A stretch of 64,000 bases of DNA from an uncultured Acidimicrobiales bacterium (GCA_943788915.1 CALSSD010000010.1:744001-808000); one strand, 5' to 3'; counted from the first letter of the stretch, positions 54,194 through 63,798 are shown. The notes: generated from the letters alone by a model not told the origin. Numbers and translations: made by a program.

Positions 54194-55222
54194 CTATTCG
54201 GTTGGTGGCAACAGCACGGTGTCGATGATGTGGATGATGCCGTTTGAGGCGGCGACGTCTGCGCCGATGACGGTTGCGTTGTTGATCATGACGTTGCCGT
54301 CTACGACGCTGATGTCGATTGATGCGCCGTTGACGGTTTCGGCTGATTGGCCGTCGAGGCTGATTGCGGTTGCTGCGTCTACTTCGCCGGCTACGACGTG
54401 GTAGGCCAAGATTGAGCCAAGTTCAGGACTGGCAAGGAGTTCTTCGGCGGTGAGGCCGAGGGCGTCGAGTGCTGCGGCGAATGCGTCGTCGGTTGGTGCG
54501 AACACCGTGAACGGGCCTGCGCCAGAGAGTGTTTCGACCAGACCAGCTTCGGCGACTGCTGCCACCAGGGTGGTGAAGCTGCCAGCGCCGACAGCGACAT
54601 CAACAATGGTGCCTGGGTCGTCAGCCATTGCGTCTTCGGTCGTTGCGTCGTCGGTTGGTGGCAACAGCACGGTGTCGATGATGTGGATGATGCCGTTTGA
54701 GGCGGCGACGTCTGCGCCGATGACGGTTGCGTTGTTGATCATGACGTTGCCGTCTACGACGCTGATGTCGATTGATGCGCCGTTGACGGTTTCGGCTGAT
54801 TGGCCGTCGAGGCTGATTGCGGTTGCTGCGTCTACTTCGCCGGCTACGACGTGGTAGGTCAAGATGGCTGCGAGGTCGTCGCTGGCAAGGAGTTCTTCGG
54901 CGGTGAGGCCGAGGGCGTCGAGTGCTGCGGCGAATGCGTCGTCGGTTGGTGCGAACACGGTGAACGGGCCTGCGCCAGAGAGTGTTTCGACGAGACCGGC
55001 TTCGGTGACTGCTGCTACCAGGGTGGTGAAGCTGCCAGCGCCGACAGCGACATCAACAATGGTGCCTGGGTCGTCAGCCATTGCGTCTTCGGAGGTTTCT
55101 GTCTCTTCGCTTGTCGCTGGGATCTCAGCGGCATTCTCGTCGCTGGCATCGCTACCGCATGCAACGGCAAGCATGGCTAGTGCAAGCACCGTCGCCAGAA
55201 GTTTGAGTAGGGAAGTGCGCAT
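54194..55222 (-). CDS. Lipoprotein with two fasciclin (FAS1) domains
   Basis: Lipobox AVAC; GPFTVFAPTDDAF, YHVV, NGIIHIID each twice. Confidence 0.95.
   Translation of the reverse strand: MRTSLLKLLATVLALAMLAVACGSDASDENAAEIPATSEETETSEDAMADDPGTIVDVAVGAGSFTTLVAAVTEAGLVETLSGAGPFTVFAPTDDAFAAALDALGLTAEELLASDDLAAILTYHVVAGEVDAATAISLDGQSAETVNGASIDISVVDGNVMINNATVIGADVAASNGIIHIIDTVLLPPTDDATTEDAMADDPGTIVDVAVGAGSFTTLVAAVAEAGLVETLSGAGPFTVFAPTDDAFAAALDALGLTAEELLASPELGSILAYHVVAGEVDAATAISLDGQSAETVNGASIDISVVDGNVMINNATVIGADVAASNGIIHIIDTVLLPPTE
54198..55092. repeat. Near-identical intragenic duplication, about 442 bp units at a 453-bp period
   Basis: 54198-54639 matches 54651-55092 apart from one short divergent patch and scattered substitutions. 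Confidence 0.92.
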
Positions 55223-55312
55223 GGGGATTGCTCCTGTGTGGGGGACGCCACCTACTACGACGGCGCCCGAACACCTGGATGCAACTTTCGTGCTACATCG
55301 CGGTGACGGATG

Positions 55313-56236
55313 TCACCTGTTGGGTGAGGCGTGGCTGTGTCGTGACGTCCTCGTGGCCCCCTGGACTGCGTCGAGCAGAGCCTCAAGCTCGTCTACCGCG
55401 GTGCGAGCTTCGTCAGCGTCATCCGGTAGCGGGCTGTTTCCGAACGCTGGAAAGTCCCTCGGAACTTCGACTGTAGGCGTTTCTCGTGAAACCGTCTCAC
55501 GCGCAACTGTCTCACGTGTAACCGTCTCACGTGTGACCATCTCGAGCGCCTCTATGGCCTCAGCGATGTCGGTTGGTTCTGGCCTTGCGTGGAATGCTGG
55601 CGGCCCGGATGCGGGCGCAGCGTTCCCAAGAGCTGGTTCCGTTGCCAAGTAATCAACTGGTGCCTGGCCTGGCGATACCGGGAACTTGCAGTATGTCGGC
55701 GAGTGCCGCAGGGCCAGCACGCGGAGGAGCAAGCCGAGTAGAAGTCAACTGAGCGAGGTCGATTGTTTCGAACGGCGTCACTGGAACGGTCAACGGTTCA
55801 TGTGTTGTGTGGGCTCTGCTGCTGCCACTGGATCGGTGGCCGGTCATGCTGGGATAACGACAGCCGTAACTTCACCGCCGTTCCGGCGGACTCCAAGAGT
55901 TGGCTGAGCGAAAGTGGCGATGGGCACCGGTGATGGCTGACACTGGTGGGCGTCATGTCCGTACCATCGGCCGCAGCTGCGTGCACTGGCGCCATCATCG
56001 CATCGTCGGGATGTGTGGTCGAGAACTCGTGGATCGTCGAACCGGAGTGCGCAGCGGGGAACTGATCCTTCACCCAGTTGCTGGGACCGAATCGTGTCCA
56101 CAACACGCCCACCATTGCGGCGCCAGCGACGGGTGCGGCCGACATAGGTCCTACGGGACTCTGGACTGTCATGGCAAGGGCGAAAATACGCACGCGTGAA
56201 CTCAGCGCAATCGCAATGAGTTTTGTCGCAGTCCGC
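55313..56236 (-). other. Probable low-complexity hypothetical gene split across reading frames
   Basis: Overlapping minus ORFs (MRTATKLIAIAL..., ...VTPFETIDLAQL..., ...VDELEALLDAV) fill the interval; boundaries unresolved. Confidence 0.35.
55479..55537. repeat. 15-bp tandem repeat x4, parS-like
   Basis: GTTTCTCGTGAAAC, GTCTCACGCGCAAC, GTCTCACGTGTAAC, GTCTCACGTGTGAC. Confidence 0.7.
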
Positions 56237-56372
56237 ATCTTGTTCTTGTGAGCGCCCGGGCTCAGGTGGCCCTGCCACCTGTGCCCATCGGTCTCTTTCA
56301 CCCGGTCCCCATGAGTCGGCCTGCCGATCTTGACCATTCGCGACACCTGGGTTGGGCAACGCCACTAGACCC

Positions 56373-56410
56373 AAAAACGGCAAGAGCGCAGGGCCGAAAC
56401 CCTGCGCTCT
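56373..56410 (-). terminator. Intrinsic terminator after the sigma factor gene
   Basis: 11-bp perfect stem AGAGCGCAGGG/CCCTGCGCTCT, minus-strand tail TGCCGTTTTT. Confidence 0.82.
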
Positions 56411-56451
56411 CACATTTTGAACTGTGTCTGCTGCGGGCAGCAGGAGTGAAA

Positions 56452-57282
56452 CTACGCGGCGTCGAACGCTGCGGGAGCGTTTTCGCGCACGGTGTTCACG
56501 GCACGCTTCACCAGACGGCGAGCGGCTTCGGCAGTCACACCGAGATCTTCGCCGACCTCGCGGTAGCTCCGCTTGCGGCCGTCGTGCAAGCCGAAGCGCT
56601 GCTCGACTGCGTAACGAGCACGGTCGTCGAGGACGTCGAGCAAGCCGGTGACCATTGCTTCTTCGGCACGGTCCATAACCACGGACTCTGGTCCAGGGTT
56701 TGAATCAGGGAGAAGGTCGACCAGTTCGTTGCTGTCATCGTCGCCGATGGTGCGATCGAGGGACGTTGGAGTGGTGAGGCGGTGCAGCCGTGCATGTTCT
56801 TCGTCGAGTTCGTCTCCGTCGCCAGAGACCTGGCGTAGAGCGGCACGAAGGCTGGCGGAGCGGTCACCGGGAAGACGGACAAGGCTGGCCTTCTGGTCGA
56901 GGGCACGGCCGATTGCCTGGCGGATCCAGAACGTGGCATAGGTGGAGAACTTGAAACCTTTCCGCCAGTCGAACTTGTCTACGGCATGCTCGAGTCCAAG
57001 GTTTCCTTCTTGGATGAGGTCGAGCAGTTCCATGCCGGGGGGCAACGGATAGCGGCGGGCAACGGATACGACCAGGCGAAGGTTGGCCCGGATGAACCGG
57101 TCCTTGGCCATGGCAGCAGCGCGGATCTCACGGTCAAGCTTGCGGCTGCGCTCGCCGGCTTCTTTTACTTTGCGGGCGGCGACGCCCTTTTCGATGATCT
57201 GGGAGAGCTCGCGCTCTTCGGCTGCGTTGAGAAGGGCAACGGTGCCGATTTCGTTGAGGTACTGACCTACTGAATCACTCAT
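56452..57282 (-). CDS. RpoD-like sigma-70 factor lacking region 1.1 (group 2-type)
   Basis: DSVGQYLNEIG, NLRLVVSVARRY, DLIQEGNLGL, GFKFSTYATFWIRQAI, region 4 HTH. Confidence 0.95.
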   Translation of the reverse strand: MSDSVGQYLNEIGTVALLNAAEERELSQIIEKGVAARKVKEAGERSRKLDREIRAAAMAKDRFIRANLRLVVSVARRYPLPPGMELLDLIQEGNLGLEHAVDKFDWRKGFKFSTYATFWIRQAIGRALDQKASLVRLPGDRSASLRAALRQVSGDGDELDEEHARLHRLTTPTSLDRTIGDDDSNELVDLLPDSNPGPESVVMDRAEEAMVTGLLDVLDDRARYAVEQRFGLHDGRKRSYREVGEDLGVTAEAARRLVKRAVNTVRENAPAAFDAA

Positions 57283-57726
57283 ATGAATGCCTTGTGGTTG
57301 TTTGTTGCTTTGGGGGGGGGTAGGAGGCGCTTAACGATTACAACCAAATTCCGCAGCGTGGTGTCCCATTGAGAGAAAGTGTTCTGTGGCTCTCAGAGTG
57401 GGGGCACCAGTAGCGGTCTGGTAAAGCTGGTCCTGATCGGGTGCGGCGCTGTGAGTGTTGTTCAGCGGCAGGCCGAGGCAGGTGCAGATTGTGGTTGTCA
57501 ACTAGCGGGAAACGTGGTTCTCCTTTGACAAGACTGGCAAGCCTGTGTGCGGCCTTGTTGCTGCCGTCTTGTCGGGGGGATTTGAAATTGTCGTATCCTG
57601 ATCGGATTCGGTGCAAGTTCTATTAGCGATTTGATACAGTAGTACAGCTTGCCCTAGGTAATCCAGCATCTTTTTGGCTTTTTACGTGATTCTTCTCCAT
57701 TTGGGTAGCTATTTGGCCGAGAAAGC

Positions 57727-58338
57727 GTGTTCCGCGTGACTCGGATTGGCATTTTCGGCGGAACATTCGACCCGATTCACGTTGGGCACCTCGCCGTGGC
57801 CAGCGCTGCGGCCCACGGTTTGCGGCTTGATCAGGTCCTTTTCGTGGTCGCTCACCAACCGTGGCAAAAGGTTGGCACTCGCCAGATTACTGATTCTGCT
57901 CTGCGGCTCGCCATGGTTGTTGCAGCCACGAATGATCGCGACGACCTCATTGCTTCGTCGCTCGAAATCGATCGTGGCGGATCGTCGTACACGGTTGATA
58001 CCGTCGAAGAGCTGCGGGCGTTGCATCCCGACGCTGAGCTAGTTCTTGTCGTCGGCAGCGATGTCGTTGCTGATCTGGCTACCTGGCATCGGCACGACGA
58101 GCTGCGCGACATGGTTACCGTTGGAGTCGTCGATCGCCCTGGCGATCTTGGGTCAGAAGCCCCGCCTGGCTGGACAGTGGAGCGAATTGCGGCACCACTG
58201 GTCGATTTATCGAGTTCACTACTTCGGGAACGTCTCGCCGCTGGCGAACCCGTTGACTATCTTGTGCCCCGTTCGGCGCTAGACATCTATGAGCAGTGGC
58301 ATACCAATGCACCTGCCGCCGAAGAAGGTTCCCCGTGA
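57727..58338 (+). CDS. nadD: Nicotinate-nucleotide adenylyltransferase
   Basis: GGTFDPIHVGH, SYTVDT, LSSS. Confidence 0.96.
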   Translation: MFRVTRIGIFGGTFDPIHVGHLAVASAAAHGLRLDQVLFVVAHQPWQKVGTRQITDSALRLAMVVAATNDRDDLIASSLEIDRGGSSYTVDTVEELRALHPDAELVLVVGSDVVADLATWHRHDELRDMVTVGVVDRPGDLGSEAPPGWTVERIAAPLVDLSSSLLRERLAAGEPVDYLVPRSALDIYEQWHTNAPAAEEGSP

Positions 58339-58760
58339 GTACTGAATCAAGCGCCCCCGCACACATGATCGACCCCGTGGTCGCATCCTTGGCCGCAGCA
58401 GAAGCCCCATGGGCAGCAGTTGCTGCAGCTGCGGCCGAATCAAAACTGGGGACGGCAACCCTGGTGCTCGATGTCGGCGATGCAATCGCGGTCACTGAAT
58501 ATTTCGTGATCACGAACGGCAATAATTCCCGTCAGGTCAAGGCAATCGTGAACGAAGTCGAACATCAGGTCAAACTGGTCGGTGGCCCAAAGCCGATTCG
58601 CCTCGAAGGCCAACAAGGGATGGATTGGGTCCTGATGGACTACGGCGACTTCGTCGTCCACGTCTTTTCCGAAGAAGCCCGTGGCTTCTACCAACTCGAG
58701 CGCCTGTGGAAAGACTGCGACCAACTCGACTGGCAAGCGCTGGCCGAAACCGCAGGCTGA
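58335..58760 (+). CDS. rsfS: Ribosome silencing factor
   Basis: RQVKAI, WVLMDYGDFVVHVF, FYQLERLW; GTGA overlap with nadD. Confidence 0.96.
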   Translation: MSTESSAPAHMIDPVVASLAAAEAPWAAVAAAAAESKLGTATLVLDVGDAIAVTEYFVITNGNNSRQVKAIVNEVEHQVKLVGGPKPIRLEGQQGMDWVLMDYGDFVVHVFSEEARGFYQLERLWKDCDQLDWQALAETAG

Positions 58761-58869
58761 ACGACCCAGCTGTTTGACCTGATCTGATCTGATCTGAACT
58801 GGCTGGGCCGGCTGAGTGGAGCTTTCTGGGTGCGTCAGCTGATGCTTTGACCAAGAATGTGTCGCGTTG

Positions 58870-59088
58870 GGGGCGCACAGGTGACAGCCCGGCGCAAGGT
58901 TCGGGCGACAACCCGTCGCATGATGAATGATCGCGATATATCGAGCTACACGATCGTGCTGGCCGCATGCTGACTCGGTCGCTCCATGGCTTCTCGATAG
59001 TTGGCGCAGGTCGGGCGCATCCATCGGTGGTGGCATCGGCGTCGGCCTTGCCGGCGCCGTAGTTCCCAACAATCGCAGTCCTGCGCAT
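58870..59088 (-). pseudogene. Degraded adenylate-kinase-like P-loop protein
   Basis: MRRTAIVGNYGAGK P-loop start; in another frame NY...ASTIV*LDISRSFIMRRVVARTLRRAVT with TAG at 58946-58948. Confidence 0.6.
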
Positions 59089-59328
59089 AGGGCAGGACTT
59101 GGGTTCGTTCGGGTAATGAAGCGGTTCAGATCATCCAGAACTGCGCTTTTCCGGGCAGGCGGCAAGTGGGCGTAAAGCGTCTTACTGGGCTCTTGCCCAA
59201 CTCTTGCACACTCCTGCTCGGGTCTTCAGACGACCTTGCAAGAGGGGGCCCAGAGTGGTGGTTGTCGTCGCAGCAGCGGGGACAGATACAGAAACAATCA
59301 CCACCAGCTCAAAGAAAGAAAAAGAACC

Positions 59329-59823
59329 ATGAACAAGGCAATCGCATCAGGTCTCATCGGATTGATCGCACTGGGCGGCGGTGTCGCAATCGCCGCTCCG
59401 AGTGCATTCGCCCAAGACACTGATGATCTCACTCGTGAACAGCGCATCGAGATGCGCCAAGAATCTCGAGCAGAACGTCGGTCCGAGACAGTCGACACAC
59501 TCACCAGTGTGCTGGGTGTGTCAGACGAAGACCTGCAGGCCGCCCGTGATGCCGGCCAGACCGTGGCCGATATCGCCGCCGCACAAGGTGTTGACCTCCA
59601 GACGGTGATCGATGCATTGGTGGACAATGCCCAGGCTCGCCTCGATACCAAGATCGCTGCAGGCGACATTGATGCCGAGCGGGCAGCAGAGATCAGTGCA
59701 TCGATCGAGGATCGTGTCACGGCACGGGTCAACGGTGAACGTCCTGAAGGCCGCAGTCATCACGGAGGTCGCCACGGAGGTCTCCGTGGTGGCTCAACGC
59801 CCAAGGCTGCTCCTGCCGCATAA
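59329..59823 (+). CDS. Secreted helical hypothetical protein
   Basis: Signal peptide ending AFA, LGVSDEDLQAARDAGQTVADIAAAQGV, Gly/His tail. Confidence 0.85.
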   Translation: MNKAIASGLIGLIALGGGVAIAAPSAFAQDTDDLTREQRIEMRQESRAERRSETVDTLTSVLGVSDEDLQAARDAGQTVADIAAAQGVDLQTVIDALVDNAQARLDTKIAAGDIDAERAAEISASIEDRVTARVNGERPEGRSHHGGRHGGLRGGSTPKAAPAA

Positions 59824-59869
59824 CCCGGTGGTACGAGGACCTGCCACTGGATGAATCGGTTGCATTGAC

Positions 59870-59913
59870 CACAGACTGTGCACATGACACGTCATGTGCA
59901 CAGTCTGTGTTTT
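59870..59913. terminator. Perfect 19-bp inverted repeat between convergent genes
   Basis: CACAGACTGTGCACATGAC-ac-GTCATGTGCACAGTCTGTG followed by TTTT on the + strand. Confidence 0.75.
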
Positions 59914-59926
59914 CTCATGGTGATCG

Positions 59927-61225
59927 TCATTCTCGCTGCGGTGGCGGGTGTTGGGGTCGTGCCGGTGGAATCTCGTGGGGGAGTGCTGACCTGGTTTTCC
60001 AGTGGCGGCTGGCCGGGTCTTGGTAGAGGGTGTGGTGGTCGGCGTGGAGTTTGGTGTGGCACAGGGTGCACAGGAGTGCAAGTTCGTTGATATTGGTTTT
60101 GCCTTTGGCCGGCGCGTTCCAGGGGATTCGGTGGTGTGCGTCGCATTGTGATGGTGGGGTGCCGCACAGGACACAGCCTCGGTCTCGTAGGACGAGTGCG
60201 AGGTACTGGGCTGAGGACGCGTGGCGCTGCATGCGTGCGAGCCAGAGGGGTTCGCCGTTGGCGTCAAAGAGCGCAGCGATGATGTCGGCGTATTCGGCGT
60301 AGCCGGCCAGTACTGATTGGGGGATGACGCCGAGTCCGATCTGCCGGGCGACTTGTGCAGGGTCGTTGCCGATGAATTCGTCGAGGGTCATGGTTATGAC
60401 GACTCGAGGCCGGGCAAGCCGGTTGGTGGGTTTGTTGGCTGGTGTTGGCGAGTCGGGTTCTGGGGTGGGGCTGCCGTCGGGGCGGATGGTGACGCCGCAG
60501 ATGAGTTCGTAGGCGGCGTCGTATTCGCGTTGGGCTCGGGTTCGGGGGTGCTTTGATGTGGGTAGGTCGCGTCCGCCGTCGCGTTTGTAGATTTGTTTGG
60601 ATCGGGCGGCGATGGCTTCGTTGACTGCCCGTTGGGAGACGCTGTCGCCTTCGAGTGTGGTGACGCCGAGTCCAGTTTTCTTCGAGTTATAGGATTGGGT
60701 ACGGCGGAGCGCTCGTTGGCGGTCGTGTTCGGTTTGGGTTCCGTCGACGGAGGCTCGGGCTGCGAGCCAGTCGTCTTTGATAGATCGGCCTTTGTCTGGG
60801 TCCGCTGCTGCGATATCGGCGATCAAGGTTTCGTCGACAGCTCCGGCCCCGTTGGATTTCGCCGATGCGTCGGCGATGAGATCGAGTTGTTCTTCGGAGA
60901 GTTCGTCGTTGGCCAGTTTGTCGCCGAGCGACGCGTTTCGGCCGACGGCTTTGGCCCGATTGACGATGCGTCGTTTGGTATTTCGCGAAGCCTTGGAGTT
61001 GGCGAGCAGTTTCTCGGCGTCTCGGGTGTTGCCATCGCTGTGAATGTGATCGGCAATTACCTGGTGTTTGAGCCCGGCTAGTCGTTGTTGTGCTCGTTCC
61101 AGCTCGACGACAGCTTCGGTCGGGCCAAGCGTGGCAACGGCGACGGTGATGGTTTCGAGGCCAGCATTGATGGTGGCGACAGCGCTGGATCGGAATCCGG
61201 TGTTGATGTCGAAGACTGCGGCCAT
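59927..61225 (-). mobile_element. DUF222/REP13E12-type HNH endonuclease element
   Basis: RTRAQREYDA, C-terminal RDRGCVLC...CDAHH...W...G.T...LLCTLCHTKLH; strong G+T strand skew unlike flanks. Confidence 0.88.
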
Positions 61226-61232
61226 GTGTTCT

Positions 61233-61254
61233 ACTTTGACACAGGGGTCTGACA
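61233..61254 (-). promoter_or_regulatory. RecA-NDp/PafBC-type promoter
   Basis: Minus strand TGTCAG-N10-CAAAGT-N7-ATG. Confidence 0.6.
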
Positions 61255-61281
61255 ATTTGGCCACAAATCCGACCTCGAAAA

Positions 61282-61296
61282 CGAACAAATGTTCGA
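61282..61296. promoter_or_regulatory. LexA (SOS) box
   Basis: CGAAC-AAAT-GTTCGA matches the actinobacterial CGAAC-N4-GTTCG consensus. Confidence 0.8.
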
Positions 61297-61402
61297 ATCA
61301 CCTAAATTGGGTAAATTAATTGATAGCCGGCAGCTCACAGTCATGGCCCGGTGCGTTATCCCGGATAGCTCCTAGATGTGCGCCGCTGATCAGCGAGGTC
61401 GA

Positions 61403-62194
61403 TCAGAGACTGCGGCGGAAACCGACGAGCTGAATGGCGGCGTCTTTGAGGAAGCGCAGCAGCTTTTTGGGGATCAGGAGATCCTTGGCATCGCCCCAGG
61501 TGGTGCCGACCTCGGTGTCGCCACGGCGTGGGCGATGTTGCACAGGGATCTCAACATGGCGGTGGCCGCTGCGGTCTTCGAGGACGGTCATGAGCACGTG
61601 GGGTGTGAGCGAGTCAGCGGGTACTTGATCGAGAATGGCTGGCAGGATGTCGGCCCGGTACAGCCGGAACGGGCAGTTGATATCGCGTCGGTTCACCTTG
61701 AATGCAGTGCGTAGCGCCAACGGAAGCGCTCCAGTAACAACTTTGCGGTACCAGGGATCGAAGCGAATTTCGCGTTCGCCGGTCACGATGGCGGCGCCGG
61801 CTTCGGCGTGGCGGAAGAGCAGCTCTATGTCTTCGGCTTCGAACTGGCCGTCGCCGTCGACTTGCAAGATCCATTCGGCGCCGGTCTGCAACGCTCGCCG
61901 GTAGGCATTGAGCACCGTTGGCCCATGCCCAGAGTTGACCTGGTTGGTCTCGGCAATCAACGTGCCGGCGAGTTGTGAGTCCACTGACTTGAGCACCTCG
62001 GCGGTGTCGTCGGTCGATACATCGTTCACCACGACAAACCAGTGCTGACCGCTGCATGCATCGAGAACGGCGTCCATGTCGGTAAGAAATCCGGCTATGC
62101 CGTCGGCCTCGTTGTAGGCGGGAATGGCGAGCGCAACCGAAGACACCCTGCCTGCTCCGGCCGGTGGCTGAAATGAGTTGGGTTGGCTGGTCAC
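61403..62194 (-). CDS. Glycosyltransferase family 2
   Basis: IPAYNEA, VVNDVSTD, VDGDGQF, DINCPFRL; AAGGA upstream of the GTG. Confidence 0.93.
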   Translation of the reverse strand: MTSQPNSFQPPAGAGRVSSVALAIPAYNEADGIAGFLTDMDAVLDACSGQHWFVVVNDVSTDDTAEVLKSVDSQLAGTLIAETNQVNSGHGPTVLNAYRRALQTGAEWILQVDGDGQFEAEDIELLFRHAEAGAAIVTGEREIRFDPWYRKVVTGALPLALRTAFKVNRRDINCPFRLYRADILPAILDQVPADSLTPHVLMTVLEDRSGHRHVEIPVQHRPRRGDTEVGTTWGDAKDLLIPKKLLRFLKDAAIQLVGFRRSL

Positions 62195-62419
62195 ATCAAC
62201 ATCCTTGTTGCAGCAGCACCAACGTCCTTGTTGCGTCAGCGCTGTGATTCTGGTGGGTGACGCCGTGAAATACAAGACGATCACTCGACGGTAGGGCATG
62301 AGAACTGGCTACAACATTCGGCTTCGACCCGTCCGCAAGAAAAGTGACGAATATCAACCCAAAAGGACCCCGCATACCGGCTATGGTGTGCTGCTGCAAC
62401 GGGCTTCGGCCCAGCGCAA

Positions 62420-62494
62420 GCGTCCGTGCCCGAGCGGCCCAAGGGAACGGCCTGCAAAGCCGTACAGTCATCGGTTCAAATCCGATCGGGCGCT
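62420..62494 (+). tRNA. tRNA-Cys(GCA)
   Basis: GCGTCCG/CGGGCGC acceptor stem, ACGGC-CT-GCA-AA-GCCGT, U73; 6-nt variable region; CCA not encoded. Confidence 0.92.
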
Positions 62495-62540
62495 CTGGGT
62501 TATATTTGGCCGCTCCGAGGTTGTTTCGAGGAGCGGCTAA

Positions 62541-63626
62541 ATGTCCAACACCCCAACACATGGCAGCGACGTCCAAGAGACGCCCGATTGGTGGAAGGCG
62601 TCCGACGGGCGTTTCTATCCGCCGGAGTTGCACCCTGATTATGTGAAATCTGCCGAGCCAGACCCGGCTGTGTCGGCTGCGGTTGCCCCCAAATCGTCGC
62701 TTGCTGACCGGCTCCGGGCCGAGGCAGACCGTGTCGGCGACGAAGCGTCGGCCGCTGCCGATGCTGGCGTGGGCTCCCTGGGAGGTACTCCCGAAGCCAT
62801 GAGCGATGCCAAGAGCACCATCGACGGCGCCCCAGCAAGTGCTGCCGCCGCTACAAGCGGCGGGGTGGCAGACGGTATGCCGCTCACACCCGACTCCATC
62901 GACCCTAGGGCCACGATTGCGCAGGGGCTGCCGGCAGCCTCTGGCGGAGCGACGGTCATTCAACGGCCGGGCATTCCGCCATCACCGGGGGCACCTCCAA
63001 CGAGCCCTCCGAGCATGCCGCCGATGCCGTCTGCGTCGAGCGGTATGCCGCCAGCGCCTGGTGCGCCTCCATCGGCAATGCCTGAGCAGGGGCCCGGAGG
63101 CATTACGTATACGGCAGTGTCTCCACCGTTGAACTTCCAAACGCCGGTAGCGCCGGCGGCCCCAGCGGCCAAGGCGTCGAGCGGAACGTCTGGCCTTATG
63201 GCTCTCGTGGCTGGTGCGGCGGCAATTGCTGGAAGCCTGTTGCAGTGGGGCAAGGGTTCTGTTGTCGGGAGTAATGGCGCAGAGAGAGCCATTATCGAAG
63301 TACCTGGTTTCGATTCGAGTGGCCTGATCACCGCCATCGCTGGTGGTGTGCTGATCCTGGCTGGCATCTTGTTCTTCATGGGTGTGCCGAAGCAGCTCAA
63401 CTGGGCGATCCTGGCTTTCCTCGGTGGAGCCGTAATCGTCGGCGCTGTCGTGTTCAGCATGATCGACATCGGTGATCTCAGTAATCGTTACGCAGCGCAA
63501 TGGCAGGCCCAAGGACTCGCTCAGGCGGGTGATGTGATCAGTACCAGCGGCGATATCGGACTCTGGATTACCGGCGCCGGTGGTGTCCTTGGCATTCTGG
63601 CGGCGCCATTTGTGAACCGAAGCTGA
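62541..63626 (+). CDS. Membrane protein with Pro-rich N-region and four TM segments
   Basis: WWKASDGRFYPPELHP motif, Pro/Ala linker, C-terminal TM bundle; GAGGAG upstream. Confidence 0.85.
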   Translation: MSNTPTHGSDVQETPDWWKASDGRFYPPELHPDYVKSAEPDPAVSAAVAPKSSLADRLRAEADRVGDEASAAADAGVGSLGGTPEAMSDAKSTIDGAPASAAAATSGGVADGMPLTPDSIDPRATIAQGLPAASGGATVIQRPGIPPSPGAPPTSPPSMPPMPSASSGMPPAPGAPPSAMPEQGPGGITYTAVSPPLNFQTPVAPAAPAAKASSGTSGLMALVAGAAAIAGSLLQWGKGSVVGSNGAERAIIEVPGFDSSGLITAIAGGVLILAGILFFMGVPKQLNWAILAFLGGAVIVGAVVFSMIDIGDLSNRYAAQWQAQGLAQAGDVISTSGDIGLWITGAGGVLGILAAPFVNRS

Positions 63627-63705
63627 CATCTTCGACAAACAATCAATTTCGAGTGCACCAATTGGGGTGGGCAGCGATGATTTTCTGCTAACATCATGCG
63701 CTCTG

Positions 63706-63779
63706 GCGCCATTAGCTCAGTTGGCTAGAGCACCTGCATGACGCGCAGGGGGTCGGGGGTTCAAGTCCCTCATGGCGCA
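63706..63779 (+). tRNA. tRNA-Val(GAC)
   Basis: GCGCCAT/ATGGCGC acceptor stem, CCTGC-AT-GAC-GC-GCAGG, TTCAAGT T loop, A73. Confidence 0.93.
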
Positions 63780-63798
63780 CTCAAAAATCGTTGGAAAG

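Noticed and set aside
58780..58797. TGATC x3 microsatellite after rsfS
   Set aside because: Too short to support any function.
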